From: a virus | Lineage: Duplodnaviria > Heunggongvirae > Uroviricota > Caudoviricetes | Direction: 5' to 3' (one strand) | DNA length: 64,000 nucleotides | IMG/VR virus record: IMGVR_UViG_3300041405_000148 | Coordinates: 89,310 to 153,309 of that record | Shown: in pieces, positions 28,006 to 37,777 of the stretch | Numbering within the stretch: position 1 is the first letter of the stretch | How the letters are laid out: every line of letters begins with the position of its first letter | The notes under the pieces: model-generated | Database searches by the model: none | Told to the model about the DNA's origin: nothing | What the model saw: only the letters and a program-made list of their open reading frames with translations | Translations under genes and position numbers: made by a program

Positions 28006-28494
28006 ATGATGGAAATTAAAAATTGTCCTTTTTGTGATATCCAACCAGAGTCATGGGTTGATAGTAATTGTCAAGATAAATTTGTGGTTGAGTGTGCCGA
28101 TTGTGGAACACAAAAACGTGATGAATACAGTTTTGAAAGTGCCCTTAACGAGTGGAATACGCGGCCTGGAGAGAACAAAGACAAGATGTCAAACCTTCAG
28201 TTTCTTTTGACTAAGTTGTCTGAAGAATGCAATGAAGTTGGTCAGATGGCTGCGAAGTGTCAACAGTTTGGGATTGATGAAGTGTACTCAGGTGATGGCA
28301 ATACCCTGACAAATCGTGAACGTCTTCATGGAGAAATCAATGATCTATTAGGTGTTATTGACATGTTGAACTCTGAAGAAAACTTTAATTTTAACCCTGA
28401 TTGGACTGCAAAGCTCAAGAAACAACAGAAAATCGATCATTACCGCGAATACTCCAGAGATTTAGGTATGGTAGGCTTGACAACAGGGTCATGA
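28006..28494 (+). CDS. Lar-like Zn-ribbon N-terminus fused to a MazG-like all-alpha NTP pyrophosphatase-like domain
   Basis: CPFCD...CADCG at the N-terminus. LTKLSEECNEVGQ ... GEINDLLGVIDML resembles the MazG EExxE/ExxD helices. Confidence 0.35.
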   Translation: MMEIKNCPFCDIQPESWVDSNCQDKFVVECADCGTQKRDEYSFESALNEWNTRPGENKDKMSNLQFLLTKLSEECNEVGQMAAKCQQFGIDEVYSGDGNTLTNRERLHGEINDLLGVIDMLNSEENFNFNPDWTAKLKKQQKIDHYREYSRDLGMVGLTTGS

Positions 28495-28537
28495 CAACTT
28501 AAGATGGTGACTCAAACAAAGATACTAAGGATTTAAA

Positions 28538-28879
28538 ATGTCTGATTCAAAGAGTATTAATGAAATGGTTGTGTCACCATCTGTCTATGTGTTCATTAAT
28601 TTGATGCAAACCCAACCTAAACGCTTTGAAGCAAGTTATGGGAGCAATGCTATGCTGTTCATCAAAGACTTTGTGACAGGTGTTAGAGGAAGTGTATACT
28701 ATGGCAAGGAGTTTTTCCCTGGGGTTGACCCTGTAGAGTTGGGTTATGGCTGCATGGATTTTCATTTTGTAAATGCTTTGGAAGCTAAAGTGCTTTATGA
28801 AGCCATTTCGAAGTTTATGCAAGATAATCCGTTTGAATTACCTGATGAATCACCTGAGAAGTTCAAGAATGCCTATTAG
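28538..28879 (+). CDS. hypothetical protein (113 aa)
   Basis: ORF. Confidence 0.45.
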   Translation: MSDSKSINEMVVSPSVYVFINLMQTQPKRFEASYGSNAMLFIKDFVTGVRGSVYYGKEFFPGVDPVELGYGCMDFHFVNALEAKVLYEAISKFMQDNPFELPDESPEKFKNAY

Positions 28880-28914
28880 GTTTAACAGGAAGCCCTAGAA
28901 CTGGTTTTATTGGT

Positions 28915-28940
28915 GTGGGGTATACCATAGCCCCACTTTT
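28915..28940 (+). terminator. rho-independent terminator
   Basis: gtgggg-tataccatag-ccccac followed by tttt. Confidence 0.55.
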
Positions 28941-29489
28941 GACTAAAACGTCTTAGAATCGATTACAGAGAGGATTTATGTGGATTACTATTGAAGTAGA
29001 CAAAGAAGATTTAGAAGAAGTAAATATGACTCCTGAAGAACTCAAAGAAGCAATCATTCAGGACTTGGATGATGCACGTGATTATCCAGGTTTCTATGTG
29101 AAAATCGAAGTAACCAAGTAAATTGGTCTGACCAATTGCAATTGGTAAAGTGGTCTGACCAGCACTTACATTTCATGGGTGAGGCAAAAGGCCTGGCACA
29201 TGAAATATTTTTCATTTAGGGTATTGACAAATCTGAAAGATGTGATACCCTAAAGATCTTTAATAACAAGAACGAAGGTCAACAGACCGAAGTGATTGTT
29301 ATTAAAGATAGTTTTGTTTTTGTTTTATAAAATAATCAGGAAACGTAGTGAGTGGTTATTTTATAGGTGTATGTTTTAATAAAATTATTATAAAACGTAT
29401 GTGACTAATAATTTTATATTATAAGTATAATTTTAATTAAATCTAAACTATGATCTTACATAGATCTGTGATCTAAAGAGGAGATACAC

Positions 29490-29924
29490 ATGAATGAATC
29501 TAAACCAAATACAACAAGTCTGGATACTATCATCACACTAATCAAAGTAACCCTTGAGGATAAGAAAGTAGCAGAAGGACACTTACAGGCTATTGATACC
29601 CGTCTAAAGGCTCTCTATGATCAAGCACGTGCTGCTTTAGAAGGTACAGGTCTGTCCTTAGTCCTCATGGATACCTTTGCAGATAGCACAGTACAAAACA
29701 TTACAATCACAAGGTGTGAGGAATTGCAAGATGGTGATACTGTCAAGGTTAAAGTCGCTGAATGGTGGGGTGGTTCTGGTAAATGGCAAGCTTGCAGGGT
29801 TTCTGGTGCAGATATTGATGAAGACGGCTTCAGTGTTTATGAAACGCTAAGTGATGATAGTTCGTATGTAGATGCAGGCACCGATGAGTGGGAGTTCGTG
29901 TCTCGTCCATCCGGTAGCAAGTAA
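29490..29924 (+). CDS. hypothetical protein (144 aa)
   Basis: ORF preceded by an AGAGGAG ribosome-binding site, after a 370-bp AT-rich leader. Confidence 0.5.
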   Translation: MNESKPNTTSLDTIITLIKVTLEDKKVAEGHLQAIDTRLKALYDQARAALEGTGLSLVLMDTFADSTVQNITITRCEELQDGDTVKVKVAEWWGGSGKWQACRVSGADIDEDGFSVYETLSDDSSYVDAGTDEWEFVSRPSGSK

Positions 29925-29994
29925 ACAGCTTGACAAGGGCATTGATTAAGTGTAGGCTGTGCCCTACAAAGACTAAACAAACAGGAGTCATAAA

Positions 29995-30459
29995 ATGAGT
30001 GCAACAGATCAGCTGAAAGAGAAAGGTGCAGAAGCTTTGGTTAACATGATCGATGTAACTGTGAAGACTATGAGTGATGTTGTAGATTTCAGTAAGCAAC
30101 AAATCCCTGACGTTCTCCATCAATTATTAATGTGGAAGGCTGTAGAGAGTCTTGTCGGATTCATCCTGCCATTGATCCTGGCGATAGCTTTGCTATCTTA
30201 TTGTCTCTCTTTCTGGAAAAGTATTCCTAAACAATTATCCCGTGATCGTGATGGACGAGCACCTTGGATTGCAGACGAATTCCAAGGAGCAGATGGTGCG
30301 CTGTACGGTCGTTATTGGTTCCGTGGATACGTTTGTTTTGTATTAGGCATCTTGGCTTCAATTGTTGCTTTCTTCAGTTTCAATCTGGATTGGTTGCAGA
30401 TTTGGATCGCACCTAAAGTTTACCTGATTCAGTACGCTGCCGAACTAATTAAAAAATAA
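29995..30459 (+). CDS. membrane protein (154 aa, about 3 TM)
   Basis: Hydrophobic helices. Confidence 0.5.
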   Translation: MSATDQLKEKGAEALVNMIDVTVKTMSDVVDFSKQQIPDVLHQLLMWKAVESLVGFILPLILAIALLSYCLSFWKSIPKQLSRDRDGRAPWIADEFQGADGALYGRYWFRGYVCFVLGILASIVAFFSFNLDWLQIWIAPKVYLIQYAAELIKK

Positions 30460-30476
30460 TTTAGGGGAAATAACAA

Positions 30477-31169
30477 ATGCAAAAGTGGAAAATTATTAAA
30501 GGTACAGAAGCTGATTTTATCAATTGTCCTGATTGGGTGACAGTTGTATTCAAAACATCTGGTACGAATGGCCGTGGGTATGCATCTAAATGGGAGGTTG
30601 GTGCTGATCTGGTGTATGGTGATGCCTCAAAGGGTCCTAATTCACAGAATGCTGATGATGAACTACAAGGCTGGTATCAGGCAGGGTTCCTGATTGGAGA
30701 GCGTGTACCAGTTGAAGATGTAATGGCAATTCCTCGTGGTTGGTTAGTGAATGGTAAATTCACAGAAGATGATCGATATGCTCAGTGGGCAACACAGCAC
30801 GGTTATGAAGTTATTGCAATTCATGATAATGAGTCTCAACCCTCAATTGTGGATGTGATCCTTGAGACTTCTTTAAATGTGCCAGGGCGGTCAGTTCGAC
30901 ATGTTTATAAGAAACTCTGTGAAGAGGTCGGTGAAGTGGGTGATGCATTGTTGGCAATCGCAGAACATGAAGAGCCTGATGAACCACTCGAAGGTGAGAT
31001 TGCTGATGTTATCATTTGTGCAGTGGACCTACTTTTTGTCAGTAAATTTTATGAACGTGAGTGGCATCATAGCCCTGAAGAAGTGGCAGATATCGTTAAA
31101 GATCTTCTTCGAGATCGCGTTAAAGCTAAAACACAGAAGTGGATGGAAAAAGCTCATGAATCATCTTAA
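30477..31169 (+). CDS. MazG-like nucleotide pyrophosphohydrolase domain protein
   Basis: C-terminal EEVGEVGDALLAIAEHEEPDEPLEGEIADVIICAVDLL, a MazG/dUTPase-like EExGE...E.aDv motif pair. Confidence 0.45.
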   Translation: MQKWKIIKGTEADFINCPDWVTVVFKTSGTNGRGYASKWEVGADLVYGDASKGPNSQNADDELQGWYQAGFLIGERVPVEDVMAIPRGWLVNGKFTEDDRYAQWATQHGYEVIAIHDNESQPSIVDVILETSLNVPGRSVRHVYKKLCEEVGEVGDALLAIAEHEEPDEPLEGEIADVIICAVDLLFVSKFYEREWHHSPEEVADIVKDLLRDRVKAKTQKWMEKAHESS

Positions 31170-31605
31170 AATTGCAGAGGCTTTAAAAGCCTGTGATTGG
31201 TCTGGAGTTAGTATTGGTAACAAAGTAATAATTCAAGCAGCTATCACTGCACTTTCTGTGCAGCCTGTTGCCCATTTCCTACTAATTGATGGAGAGTATC
31301 ACCAGTTGGCAGATGAATTAATCACAGCTTTAGGTGGAACCAATGAGGATCTACACCGTGATAACAGCACAAAGATGTGTGAAACATGGGACCATCTAAA
31401 TGATCACTTGGCACCACCTGCTGTTGTTAAAGCTTTAGCAGAAGAGCTGCTAGCAGGGTTAACTCAAAGATCAATTATGGTGAGTAATGAGAATTTTAAT
31501 TCTGCATTGTCATTATTAAATGATTGTCTTGGTGATTGTGGTGACAGCGAACGTGGATTGCTGTTGGCGCTTTCCCGAATGGGTATTGAAGTGGAGGGTG
31601 AGTAA
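31156..31605 (+). CDS. hypothetical protein (149 aa)
   Basis: ATG at 31156 (MNHLKIAEALKA...). The long track ORF from 30877 overlaps the MazG gene. Confidence 0.45.
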   Translation: MNHLKIAEALKACDWSGVSIGNKVIIQAAITALSVQPVAHFLLIDGEYHQLADELITALGGTNEDLHRDNSTKMCETWDHLNDHLAPPAVVKALAEELLAGLTQRSIMVSNENFNSALSLLNDCLGDCGDSERGLLLALSRMGIEVEGE

Positions 31606-31717
31606 TGGGTGTATTATGGCTTTTAACTTTTTCAACTCTACTAACGATTTTAATTTTTGGGCTACCCTTGATGATTTTACTCAATTGGATTAATAAAAAA
31701 GAGCAAGAGGAAACTGA

Positions 31718-32281
31718 GTGATGAAAGAGCTGAATGAATTAGTTGAACTAGCTGAGATAGCAGATTCTGTAGGTAATACGATTGATTGTATAGATCCGCA
31801 CACCATCCTCGCCATTGCCAAAGCATTCCTAGCGCTGGAGCAGGAGAAAGAAGCGGCAGCCCGTTATGCCGAACGCCTCAACACGCTGTTGGATGACCGT
31901 GAAGCAACGCTTTCTCGTTACGAGGTGAAGCAGGAGCCGGTTGCATACACCGACGCTGAAGAGCTGAAAAGAATGCGTAAAGATACTTACGCAGACATGT
32001 TTACGCCATGTTTTGAATACCAATCAAAACCGGAATGGACTCCGTTATTCACCCGCCCTACCGCTGACCTAAGACCTGATGATATCAAGCGAGACGCTAT
32101 TCGCTATCGCTTCTTAAGAGAGAGTGACTATTTTGGTGCAGAGGATGAAGTTGGGTTAGCAAGCTGGGATGACCTGTGTGACCTTAGCTGCAATGATTTC
32201 GATGCAGCTGTAGATGCTCGAATGAATCACCCTGACTCTTTGTACACTCCCATGCTCCAGAACATTGAGGATGGCAAATGA
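31718..32281 (+). CDS. hypothetical protein (187 aa)
   Basis: ORF. Confidence 0.5.
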   Translation: MMKELNELVELAEIADSVGNTIDCIDPHTILAIAKAFLALEQEKEAAARYAERLNTLLDDREATLSRYEVKQEPVAYTDAEELKRMRKDTYADMFTPCFEYQSKPEWTPLFTRPTADLRPDDIKRDAIRYRFLRESDYFGAEDEVGLASWDDLCDLSCNDFDAAVDARMNHPDSLYTPMLQNIEDGK

Positions 32282-32820
32282 AAGGAACAGTCTGGTCTCT
32301 TTTCTTTGACCTCAAGGAAGGGATACTCTACTGGAAACCAGATCCCGGTTCTTCTAAAGAGAGTAGAAGATGGAATACTAGGTATGCTGGTAAGGCAGCA
32401 GGATCTCCTCTATCTGAAGGTAATTATCTCACAATAAAACTTAAAAGGTTGGGTATTTATCAAATTTATGTGCATAGGATTATATATGAGATGTCGTATG
32501 GACCAATACCTGAAGGCATGTTTGTTGACCACATAAACCATAACAGGCAAGATAACAGACCTTGTAACCTACGGTTGGTGACCCGAGCGGAAAACAATAG
32601 AAACGCTTCAAAGAGATCTGACAACACTTCAGGTTACACAGGGGTCAATTGGAGTAATGCTCATGGAGTTTGGGTTGCAAGAATCCAAGTAGATGGCAAG
32701 AGAAAATTCTTAGGTTATTTTGAAAGCCTCGAAGATGCTGTCTTTGCAAGAAGTTCTTGTGTGGAAAACAAAATGTTTCACGACAATCATGGGGAGGAAA
32801 ATGAAAGGGATAGTATATAG
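32278..32820 (+). mobile_element. HNH-AP2 homing endonuclease
   Basis: HRIIYEMSYGPIPEGMFVDHINHNRQDNRPCNLRLVTRAENNRN (HNH) followed by GYTGVNWSNAHGVWVARIQVDGKRKFLGYFESLEDAVFAR (AP2 DNA-binding domain). Confidence 0.75.
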
Positions 32821-33484
32821 TTTATTTGATGGGTCAGGCATTATGGGATTGCCTTGGGCTGAAGCAGGATACCAAGTGTTCTGTTTCAACTCTGATGATG
32901 GGGATCATGGTGAATATGAAGTTAAGATGCGACACCCCAATATGACGTATGTTAACTGTTGGATTGATGAATCCTTTGATCCTGAAGGATTCTATCTTGA
33001 CCTCTGTCACCCTATTGGAAAACCTGATATCATTTTTGCTTTCCCCGATTGTACAATGCTCTCAGGTGCTGGTGCTCAACATGAGCGTACAGAAGAAGCT
33101 GTTCAGAACTCAATCAGGAATGCAAAATTAGTGGAAAGTCTTGGTGATAAATACAACTGTCCATATATGATTGAGAATCCTGTAGGTAAGATGTCAACTC
33201 TGTGGAGAAAGCCAGACTATTATTTCGATCCCTATGAGTATGGTGGTTATCTCAAACCTGATGAAGGTAGTTTCCATCTGAAAATGCCAGTCCGTGATGC
33301 TTATACTAAGAAGACTTGCCTTTGGGTAGGAAACGGGTTTATTATGCCAGAGAAGAAACCTGTAGAACATTGTGGTTTCTTTTGGGGTTGGAAGTCATTA
33401 GGCGGCAAGTCTGTGAAAACTAAGCAGTTACGCTCACTAACCCCACGTGGTTTTGCAAGAGCAGTTTTTGAATTTAATAAATAG
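32801..33484 (+). CDS. small C5-cytosine-methyltransferase-like protein (227 aa, no obvious target-recognition domain)
   Basis: VYSLFDGSGIMG (motif I-like), FPDCTMLSGAG (PCQ-FS-AG-like motif IV), IENPVG (ENV motif VI). The ATG at 32801 follows a GGGGAGG ribosome-binding site. Confidence 0.5.
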   Translation: MKGIVYSLFDGSGIMGLPWAEAGYQVFCFNSDDGDHGEYEVKMRHPNMTYVNCWIDESFDPEGFYLDLCHPIGKPDIIFAFPDCTMLSGAGAQHERTEEAVQNSIRNAKLVESLGDKYNCPYMIENPVGKMSTLWRKPDYYFDPYEYGGYLKPDEGSFHLKMPVRDAYTKKTCLWVGNGFIMPEKKPVEHCGFFWGWKSLGGKSVKTKQLRSLTPRGFARAVFEFNK

Positions 33485-33492
33485 GAGATTTT

Positions 33493-34971
33493 ATGGCGTT
33501 TTCACCAACTGAAGAACAGGTAAATTGTGGTCAACTTTTTATGGTCAATGACCGACTTAAGGTGCGAGCACTTGCTGGTTCGGGAAAATCAAGTACCTTA
33601 CGTTACATTGCAGAGCAAAACCCTGATATGAGTTTTCTGTACCTTGCTTTCAATAAGAGTATGGCAGAAGAAGCACAAGCTACTTTCCCTGACAATGTAG
33701 AAGTAAGGACTGTTCATTCTTTGGCTTATCGATCAGTTGGTGTAAAATACTCTCACAAACTGGTCAGACCATCTGGAAGATACGTAAATGTTGCTGGAAC
33801 TGGTAACGAAATTGCTTTATATTATGGCATTGGAGATATCAAAACTGGCCCAAACAAAGCTATCCGCAAAGCTTATCTGGGTTTGATTGCAAAAGATACA
33901 GTGAATCGGTTTGAACGCTCTAATTATGAGACATTAACAGATAAATGCATCCCTAAACATTATCTTGAAGATATTGATAAACGATTCAATGTTGACATTG
34001 CAAAAGTCAAGAAAGAAATTCTGGATGTTGCTAAGCATCTTTGGAAAGACCGCTCTAATGAGAACAGCAGAGTTTTAGCAACACATGATACTTATCTTAA
34101 ACTTTACTCACTGTCAAAACCTGATCTGACAGACTATGATTGTGTTTTCGTTGATGAGGCACAAGACAGCAATCCCGTAACGCTTTCACTGTTTGACAAT
34201 GTGAAGAAGATTGTATATGTTGGTGATGAGCGCCAAGCTATTTATGGATGGAGATCTGCGGTGAATGCCATGAAACTTATCCAGACGGCTGAGGGAAGAC
34301 TGTCTAAATCATTCCGTTTTGGTCAGGCTATTGCGGATGTTGCAGCTGCGATCATCAAAGAAGAAGTTTATGGGAATGAGAATATTGAGTCTGTTGTGGG
34401 TGAAGTTGATCCAACTAAACAGTACACAATCCTTTACCGTAAAAATCTGACTTTGGTAAATGAAGCGGTTGATATGATCCTGAATGGTGAAAAAGTTTAT
34501 CTAAATATTGATGTACAAGACTTTATTGCTATGTTAGCATCAGCTCAAGCACTGAAGGATAAGGACTTGAAAAAGGTTAAACATGACCTGATCATGCCAT
34601 TCAGTACATGGAGTGAATTAACCACAGAAGCTAAAGGTGATCCATCTTTAGGTAAACTGGTCAAAATCATTCAAGAGCAAAAGGCTCAAGAGGTGCTCAA
34701 TACACTTGCAGCAAGCCACAGAAACCCTAAGACAGCTGATGTTGTGATGACTACAGTTCACAAGTCAAAAGGTCTGGAGTGGGATCAGGTTATCCTTGCA
34801 GAAGACTTTGATGGTCTTTTTGATGAAGAAGGACGCTTGACAGAAGACGAACAAGAGATTAATCTTATGTACGTAGGTGCGACACGAGCTAAGAAGGTTC
34901 TGAAAATCAATGAAGCCCTTGAGACTTTGATTTTGATGAACAAAAGTGATGAAGACAAATTAGTTTCATAA
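33493..34971 (+). CDS. UvrD/PcrA-like SF1 DNA helicase
   Basis: AGSGKSS (motif I), VFVDEAQD (II), VGDERQAIYGWR (III), TVHKSKGLEWDQVIL (VI). Confidence 0.8.
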   Translation: MAFSPTEEQVNCGQLFMVNDRLKVRALAGSGKSSTLRYIAEQNPDMSFLYLAFNKSMAEEAQATFPDNVEVRTVHSLAYRSVGVKYSHKLVRPSGRYVNVAGTGNEIALYYGIGDIKTGPNKAIRKAYLGLIAKDTVNRFERSNYETLTDKCIPKHYLEDIDKRFNVDIAKVKKEILDVAKHLWKDRSNENSRVLATHDTYLKLYSLSKPDLTDYDCVFVDEAQDSNPVTLSLFDNVKKIVYVGDERQAIYGWRSAVNAMKLIQTAEGRLSKSFRFGQAIADVAAAIIKEEVYGNENIESVVGEVDPTKQYTILYRKNLTLVNEAVDMILNGEKVYLNIDVQDFIAMLASAQALKDKDLKKVKHDLIMPFSTWSELTTEAKGDPSLGKLVKIIQEQKAQEVLNTLAASHRNPKTADVVMTTVHKSKGLEWDQVILAEDFDGLFDEEGRLTEDEQEINLMYVGATRAKKVLKINEALETLILMNKSDEDKLVS

Positions 34972-35045
34972 CTTGAAATAAAGTATTGACAGTAAAATCC
35001 GACACAGATAAGATGGTTACAACAAACACTAAAGAGGAAATATAA

Positions 35046-36071
35046 ATGAGTAATCAAAACATTGCAGATAAAATCCCAGCTTTTTATATTAATTTAGAGA
35101 CAGTTACCTCAGAGCAAATGAACGAAGTACTGAGTCTTGCTGTAGAACTTGGTGCTCTGCCAACTGAGGCAGTTTGGGATGATGAGAGACAGGAAGATTA
35201 TCTGCGATCAAAATTTAGTAATCTCAGCCATGTTGAGTTTTACATCAAAAATAATTTTAGATTTGCAGGTATTAATACTAACGAAGTTACTTTTGTAAGT
35301 GATAACATCTATAATTACAACGAAAATAAAATGACTTATCCTGATGCGATGCAAATGTTAAAAGAATTAAAGGGTGGTGAAGCAGTGAAAGAAGTTAATA
35401 AAGTTTCAAAAACTGAATCACTCAAATCATTTTATGTCAATATGTCAGAGGCAAATAGTGATCCAAGCCGAGTCCAAAAACTTTTTGAAGGTTTTATTGA
35501 GTTAGGTGCAGTCGCAAATGAATTGGTTTCAAATGGAGAAAATATTGATAGCGATCGTCGTCTCCACAGAGAAAAATTTGGGTCTAATGTTTATACTTAT
35601 AACATGGACGGCTTTGAATTCTTTGGGTTAACTAAAAGTGAAGATAAAAAATCAGTTTTTACTTATCTTGAGGATGATTCAGACCAATGGGATGAGGATG
35701 CTGTTGCGATGACAATTGAGGAAGCAGAAGATTATCTTAAATCTTTACAGAAATCTCAGAAAAAGTCTAAAGTCCCTGCACTTCGTCAGCGGAAAGTGTT
35801 CTTGACTTACACCAACGATAAACAATATCTTCTGAAAAACGTAGTTGGACTTGACATTAAGCAGAAAGAAGGTTATGTTGCAGTGACTTATAGTCACAAA
35901 AAAGGTAAAGTGTCTTTGAATACAAACGTTGTTATCCCATTCTCAGAGCTTAAGTCTGTGAAGTTTGTAGCTCCTGGTACAATTGGTGCTGAGTATATCT
36001 TTAAAGGTGGTAAAGTTGTCCAGGTTATCCAGGACTTCAGCCACGAAGACTTTACCCATAAATCCCACTAA
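35046..36071 (+). CDS. hypothetical protein with internal duplication (341 aa)
   Basis: Repeated LAVELGALPTE / FIELGAVANE modules. Confidence 0.5.
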   Translation: MSNQNIADKIPAFYINLETVTSEQMNEVLSLAVELGALPTEAVWDDERQEDYLRSKFSNLSHVEFYIKNNFRFAGINTNEVTFVSDNIYNYNENKMTYPDAMQMLKELKGGEAVKEVNKVSKTESLKSFYVNMSEANSDPSRVQKLFEGFIELGAVANELVSNGENIDSDRRLHREKFGSNVYTYNMDGFEFFGLTKSEDKKSVFTYLEDDSDQWDEDAVAMTIEEAEDYLKSLQKSQKKSKVPALRQRKVFLTYTNDKQYLLKNVVGLDIKQKEGYVAVTYSHKKGKVSLNTNVVIPFSELKSVKFVAPGTIGAEYIFKGGKVVQVIQDFSHEDFTHKSH

Positions 36072-36089
36072 ATTTCAGTATGCTGAACC

Positions 36090-36115
36090 AGACCTCGCTT
36101 CTGCGGGGTCTTTTT
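36090..36115 (+). terminator. rho-independent terminator
   Basis: agacctcgc-ttct-gcggggtct followed by ttttt. Confidence 0.55.
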
Positions 36116-36134
36116 ATGTCTGTCAGGAGAAATC

Positions 36135-36569
36135 ATGAGCAAGTCTTTCCGAAATTACTATCATGCAGGTCTTTCACCTATCACTAAGTTTAACATCAAC
36201 AAAGGTGGTCTGCACATGGGAGGCCGCTACAGTGCCTTAGAGGCCGCTGCAAGGAAAGTAAGGGAAATGCCTACCGAGGCGAAGAAAAGCGCTAAGATTT
36301 ACTTACACAGCGTTTTAGTGGATGATTCGACCTTCAGTGAGGTCTTTGATTGTGGACATAATGATTTATGGGAAACTTACCTTCAGAGTTGGTTGAAGGT
36401 TGGTATCAGAGGGATGAAGTATAAAAATGAATTTGAACCTGATATCCGTAAAAGTATCATTTTGTGCTGCACAAGTCTGATAAAAGAAATTTCTAAGGTA
36501 GAGGTCTTGACATTAGATGAGGCAGAGAGTATCTTGGAACGCATGGAAGAACACTACTCATACAAATAG
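36135..36569 (+). CDS. hypothetical protein (144 aa)
   Basis: ORF. Confidence 0.5.
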   Translation: MSKSFRNYYHAGLSPITKFNINKGGLHMGGRYSALEAAARKVREMPTEAKKSAKIYLHSVLVDDSTFSEVFDCGHNDLWETYLQSWLKVGIRGMKYKNEFEPDIRKSIILCCTSLIKEISKVEVLTLDEAESILERMEEHYSYK

Positions 36570-36579
36570 AGGTGATAAA

Positions 36580-36885
36580 ATGACTGAATTCGAAATGTTT
36601 GTATCACGATTTAAACGGAACCCAGAAACTTTCCGTGAAGAAATGAAACGTGAGTCCACCTATGACTTTGCAGAAGTTGCCCGAAAGCTTCAGTCCGCTC
36701 AGAATAATCTCTCTGGTTATATTATGGTTGATTTGTTTGGTGAACAACTGGGTAGTCATCTATTTGAGAAGTTTGTAACACAGTATAACCGTAATCTGTT
36801 ACTGTTCATGAATGCGTTAGGAACTGAGGAGCATTTCTTTCTTATGCATCAGTTCAACACCAACACTCATCATTGGCGGGGTTAA
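36580..36885 (+). CDS. hypothetical protein (101 aa)
   Basis: ATG at 36580 (MTEFEMFVSRF...). Confidence 0.45.
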   Translation: MTEFEMFVSRFKRNPETFREEMKRESTYDFAEVARKLQSAQNNLSGYIMVDLFGEQLGSHLFEKFVTQYNRNLLLFMNALGTEEHFFLMHQFNTNTHHWRG

Positions 36886-36887
36886 AA

Positions 36888-37421
36888 ATGAGAGCACATT
36901 TCCATATCACTTTAGGTGAAGTTGACACTGATCAGTTAATGTTAGGGGCACGTTTGGTTCGTGCTAAATGCACAACCATTGACCTTCATCGTGATACACG
37001 CTCTCAACGTGATCGGATGTTAACTAAATACCAATCTGGAATTGGTCTTGAAACCATGCAGGATGCAGTCCAAAAGCTTGAGAAAGCTGGTTTTAAGGTT
37101 CTTCGTTACAAACTTGAATTGATGTTCACTAATATTGAAGAACTTCTTCAGGAAGAATTCAGCAAAAAGAATTATGGTGAAGTCCATATTAAGACTGAGG
37201 CTAATCACCCAGTTGTAGAAACAGGATTCTTTCAGTTATCATCAAATGCAGAAGAGGTAGATTATCGGTTTTACAATGCCAGGATCTATACAGAATCTGA
37301 TAAAACTCTATTCATGGAAGCTTATCAGCAACTGCTGGATGAAGGTGTACTAATGCGATCTGCTCACTATGAAAAGACAATCTTTGATAGTAAGTATCAT
37401 TTTGATTCTTGGTGGGCGTAA
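36888..37421 (+). CDS. 2H phosphoesterase (LigT/CPDase-like)
   Basis: Two H-x-T-x motifs (HITL near the N-terminus and HIKT about 100 aa later) in a 177-aa protein, the hallmark of the 2H superfamily. Confidence 0.5.
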   Translation: MRAHFHITLGEVDTDQLMLGARLVRAKCTTIDLHRDTRSQRDRMLTKYQSGIGLETMQDAVQKLEKAGFKVLRYKLELMFTNIEELLQEEFSKKNYGEVHIKTEANHPVVETGFFQLSSNAEEVDYRFYNARIYTESDKTLFMEAYQQLLDEGVLMRSAHYEKTIFDSKYHFDSWWA

Positions 37422-37422
37422 G

Positions 37423-37602
37423 ATGAGAACAGATTATCTTGGTAGGGTCATCCCTGAGATGAAAGTCCCTGATAAAAATATCTTGTGCTATCGGTGTCTT
37501 CGGGTGTATAATCTTTCCACTGCACCACGGGTAGCACCTGCAAAGTTGGATGTAAAAGAGCCTTGCTGTCCTAATTGCAAATGTAAAATCTACTACTCTT
37601 AA
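37423..37602 (+). CDS. small Zn-ribbon protein (59 aa)
   Basis: CYRC...CPNCKC. Confidence 0.35.
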   Translation: MRTDYLGRVIPEMKVPDKNILCYRCLRVYNLSTAPRVAPAKLDVKEPCCPNCKCKIYYS

Positions 37603-37777
37603 GGAGTCTTAAAATGTTGATAGCTCTGATGTATGGCTTCTTACACTGCTTTGGTAAGAGACCTCCTACCTCTGACATGGGATTTTGTGCCTTTTTGGGT
37701 GCAGCATTCGAGATGTGTACAATAGATATGGTAATTCTTTTGTCACTTGCATATTAAATCATTGGGAGTAAAAGTAA

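Noticed and set aside
30877-31605. 242-aa track ORF
   Set aside because: Its 5' part overlaps the MazG-like gene in another frame. The real gene most likely starts at the ATG at 31156.
36888-37421. Calling the 2H phosphoesterase a specific anti-CBASS (Acb1-type) nuclease
   Set aside because: Only the two HxTx motifs are visible. Substrate specificity (cyclic oligonucleotide versus 2',3'-cNMP versus tRNA ligation) cannot be inferred from sequence alone.
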